This document shows positions 62,133 through 64,000 of a stretch of DNA of 64,000 nt, in pieces. The notes below the pieces were generated by a model. It did not search any database. It saw nothing but the letters and a program-made list of their open reading frames with translations, and had not been told where the DNA came from. This DNA comes from Dudresnaya verticillata (Eukaryota). The stretch spans positions 2,666,001 through 2,730,000 of the forward strand of contig OZ374560.1 of NCBI GenBank assembly GCA_977862235.1, in the 5' to 3' direction. A program made the translations under genes and the position numbers. The number at the start of each line of letters is the position of its first letter. The stretch's first letter is position 1.

Positions 62133-62150
62133 TTCTAGGTCGGGAGACCA
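62133..62150 (-). promoter_or_regulatory. Primer-binding site of F
   Basis: TGGTCTCCCGACCTAGAA, 1 nt from the 5' LTR. Confidence 0.9.
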
Positions 62151-62151
62151 G

Positions 62152-62915
62152 TGTAGTATCTCTAGAGCACCACCGCGTACGGCAGCCCAACGAGACCCCA
62201 AGAAGACCACAAAGACCTGTCGGATTTGACCAAAACTGGCCAGAACGTAGAGCGGACCTGCGCGCCGGTAGCAAGCGTGGTAGAGCGGGAGCGCGCAGAC
62301 GAAGTCGTGGCCAGTATCCGTGATGAGGACGGAAAATGGCCAAGTCGGGGGTTCAGTTGCTAACTTTACTCCCAACCTCTGGCGGGACGGCTTCGTACCT
62401 TTTTCGGCTTAGCCGTAGTGTGTGGCCAGCTAAGTAGGCCCAAAATTGGCCATCAGAGCTAATCTAGAGCTATTCTACAGTTAGTGGCCGAGGTTACTCC
62501 GGTCGGCCATAATATCTACTTGTGTTCCGGCGTCGGGCCAATGTTGTACCCTTACCAGACTAAACCAAGTACTTGTTCGTTAGTGGTTGGCCAAATGAGT
62601 TAGATTTTCCCTTGATTTTTCCACTGTCTTCCCTTTGATTCACCTTGCGGCCAAATCCAATTTCCATTTGTGTCCTGGCCGAGAACCGGATCATACGTGT
62701 ACAGCGGGCCACGTGGTGCGCTTCAGTGTCGTAGGTGGCCACGTGTGAGCCACGTGTACAGTCGGTGGCCACGTATCATACTTGCGCGCGCTCACCGCCG
62801 TCCGCGCGCCGACGGCGCAACTTCATTGGCCAAGTGTCTTCGTTTGGTTGGGCCGATCGTACAGTTGGCCCGTCGATTTGCTTCCTTTCGGCGGCCCCCT
62901 TGCCGTTGCACCACA
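62152..62915 (-). repeat. F 5' LTR
   Basis: Repeat of 49603-50366, followed by TSD CCGTA. Confidence 0.97.
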
Positions 62916-63531
62916 CCGTAGACAGCGGTCTGCTGCGCTTACGTGTGTTCATCGCCGCACACACCGGACGAGGAGGACACCGCGGTATCGCACCGACTAA
63001 GGCAATCGTGCGCGAACACTTCCGCTGGACGTCAATGGCTAAGGACGTGGAGGCATTCGTGAAAACGTGCCTGCATTGCCTCTGCACCGCGTCAGGAAGG
63101 ACAATCCCGAGACCCATGGGGTACAGTCTACATGCCGACGGTCCTAACAAGATCTTGCACTTCGACTTCTGCTACATTGGCAAGAGCGACAAGGCGTTTC
63201 TGTACGTGCTGATCCTGAAGGACGACTTTAGCTCCTTCGGTTGGCTTTTCCCTTTCGAGGCCGCAGACGCCTCGTCGACAGTGGACGCCCTGATGGAATG
63301 GTTCTCCTCATTCGGGGTCGTCCTACAGTGGGTATCCGACCGGGGACCCCATTTCAAGAACGAAGTCGTAGCAGGACTCAGCAAGAAGCTGCGAGGCTCT
63401 CAACACTTCACACTCCCATACTGTCCATGGACTAATGGTACAATAGAGGTGGTTTGCCGGGAACTTATGCGCGTTCTTAGAGCCCTCACGTCTGAGTTCC
63501 AAATACCTTTCAAGTCGTGGCGGTCCGTGCC
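62916..63531 (+). pseudogene. pol: E integrase (HHCC and DDE core), 3'-truncated
   Basis: AHTGRGGHRG..CLHC, LHFDF, SDRGPHF, PWTNGTIE in ORF 62735-63556. Confidence 0.9.
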
Positions 63532-64000
63532 AGTCTTTGAAAGACACAGAGCCTAAGGGAAAAGGGGGAAAAGGGGCGGCGCCACCCAGCTCGCACAGAG
63601 CAACCGTCGTGTGGAGGCAAGGCTCGTAAAGCACCTGAAAGGGAGGTTACGGTGAGTCCGTGAATTCCAAAAAAAGGGTAAAGACCCGAAACCCACCGTG
63701 GGTTCTATTCAGGAGGCCCCTGCTACTCAGGGGCCTATTAAGTATGCAGAGCCGAAAATGCTCTTACCTCCTATGAGCTATTCTAAGCGATTCTAACTGT
63801 CATTATTAATCTAATTGTACTGTTGTCAGTTATAAATACGGATGAGTTGTAGTACCGCGTCGGGACGCGTGAGCGGCCACAATAAATTACCCAATGGCAA
63901 TTTGCCATCAGTTTTGGTGCCAGCAGGGACGCCAGCGAGGCGCATCGCCCTTACAGCGCACGGTGCTTGTGCGCGCCTTACAGCTTGATGCGCGTGGGCG
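63532..64000 (-). repeat. Third A-family LTR, lacking its first 107 bp and running off the window
   Basis: Near-identical to the A LTR from 4361 onward (AGTCTTTGAAAG..). Confidence 0.95.

Larger units (their letters stand above)
49603..62915 (-). mobile_element. Element F: full-length, young chromodomain Ty3/Gypsy element with antisense ORF
   Basis: 764-bp LTRs (about 4 differences by eye), TSD CCGTA (49598-49602 and 62916-62920), PBS 62133-62150, PPT next to 50367. Confidence 0.97.
45318..63531 (+). mobile_element. Element E: divergent plus-strand Ty3/Gypsy-like element, interrupted by F and truncated inside integrase
   Basis: Putative LTR 45318-45980, iMet-like PBS, gag-PR-RT-RH to 49602; the reading frame resumes at F's TSD (FWLPV|DSGLLRLRVF). 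Confidence 0.88.

Noticed and set aside
1..64000. CRISPR array or prokaryotic defence system
   Set aside because: No repeat-spacer array and no cas-like ORFs; all long repeats are LTR pairs with TSDs.

Overview
This is eukaryotic, TE-dense DNA. A compact-genome alga such as a red alga is my inference only. About 96% of the window is a nest of six Ty3/Gypsy LTR retrotransposons, resolved from LTR pairs and 5-bp target-site duplications (TSDs). Five minus-strand elements share one 18-nt primer-binding site (PBS, tRNA-Tyr-like). B is the outermost (<1-43003, split). A (4254-16371, TSD GCAAC) lies in B's leader, C (16558-42367, TSD AGAAC) in B's 5' LTR, D (28114-41320, TSD AATCC) in C's leader, and F (49603-62915, TSD CCGTA) in the pol of E. 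E is an unrelated plus-strand element (about 45318-63531) cut off by a truncated third A-family LTR. The only host-like sequence is about 43004-45317, which holds a cytochrome P450 pseudogene. Main result: all four complete chromodomain elements (A, C, D, F) carry a large extra antisense gene between pol and the 3' LTR. These proteins share an aromatic-rich domain I cannot name, and several carry SUMO-type motifs. The two elements with the most similar LTR pairs are each saturated with a private palindromic DNA motif: CGCC-N3-GGCG in D (40+ copies by hand count) and YGGCCR/TGGCCA in F. This suggests a VANC-like, sequence-specific self-recognition or anti-silencing system in LTR retrotransposons, which is a hypothesis and untested. 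All counts were done by eye.
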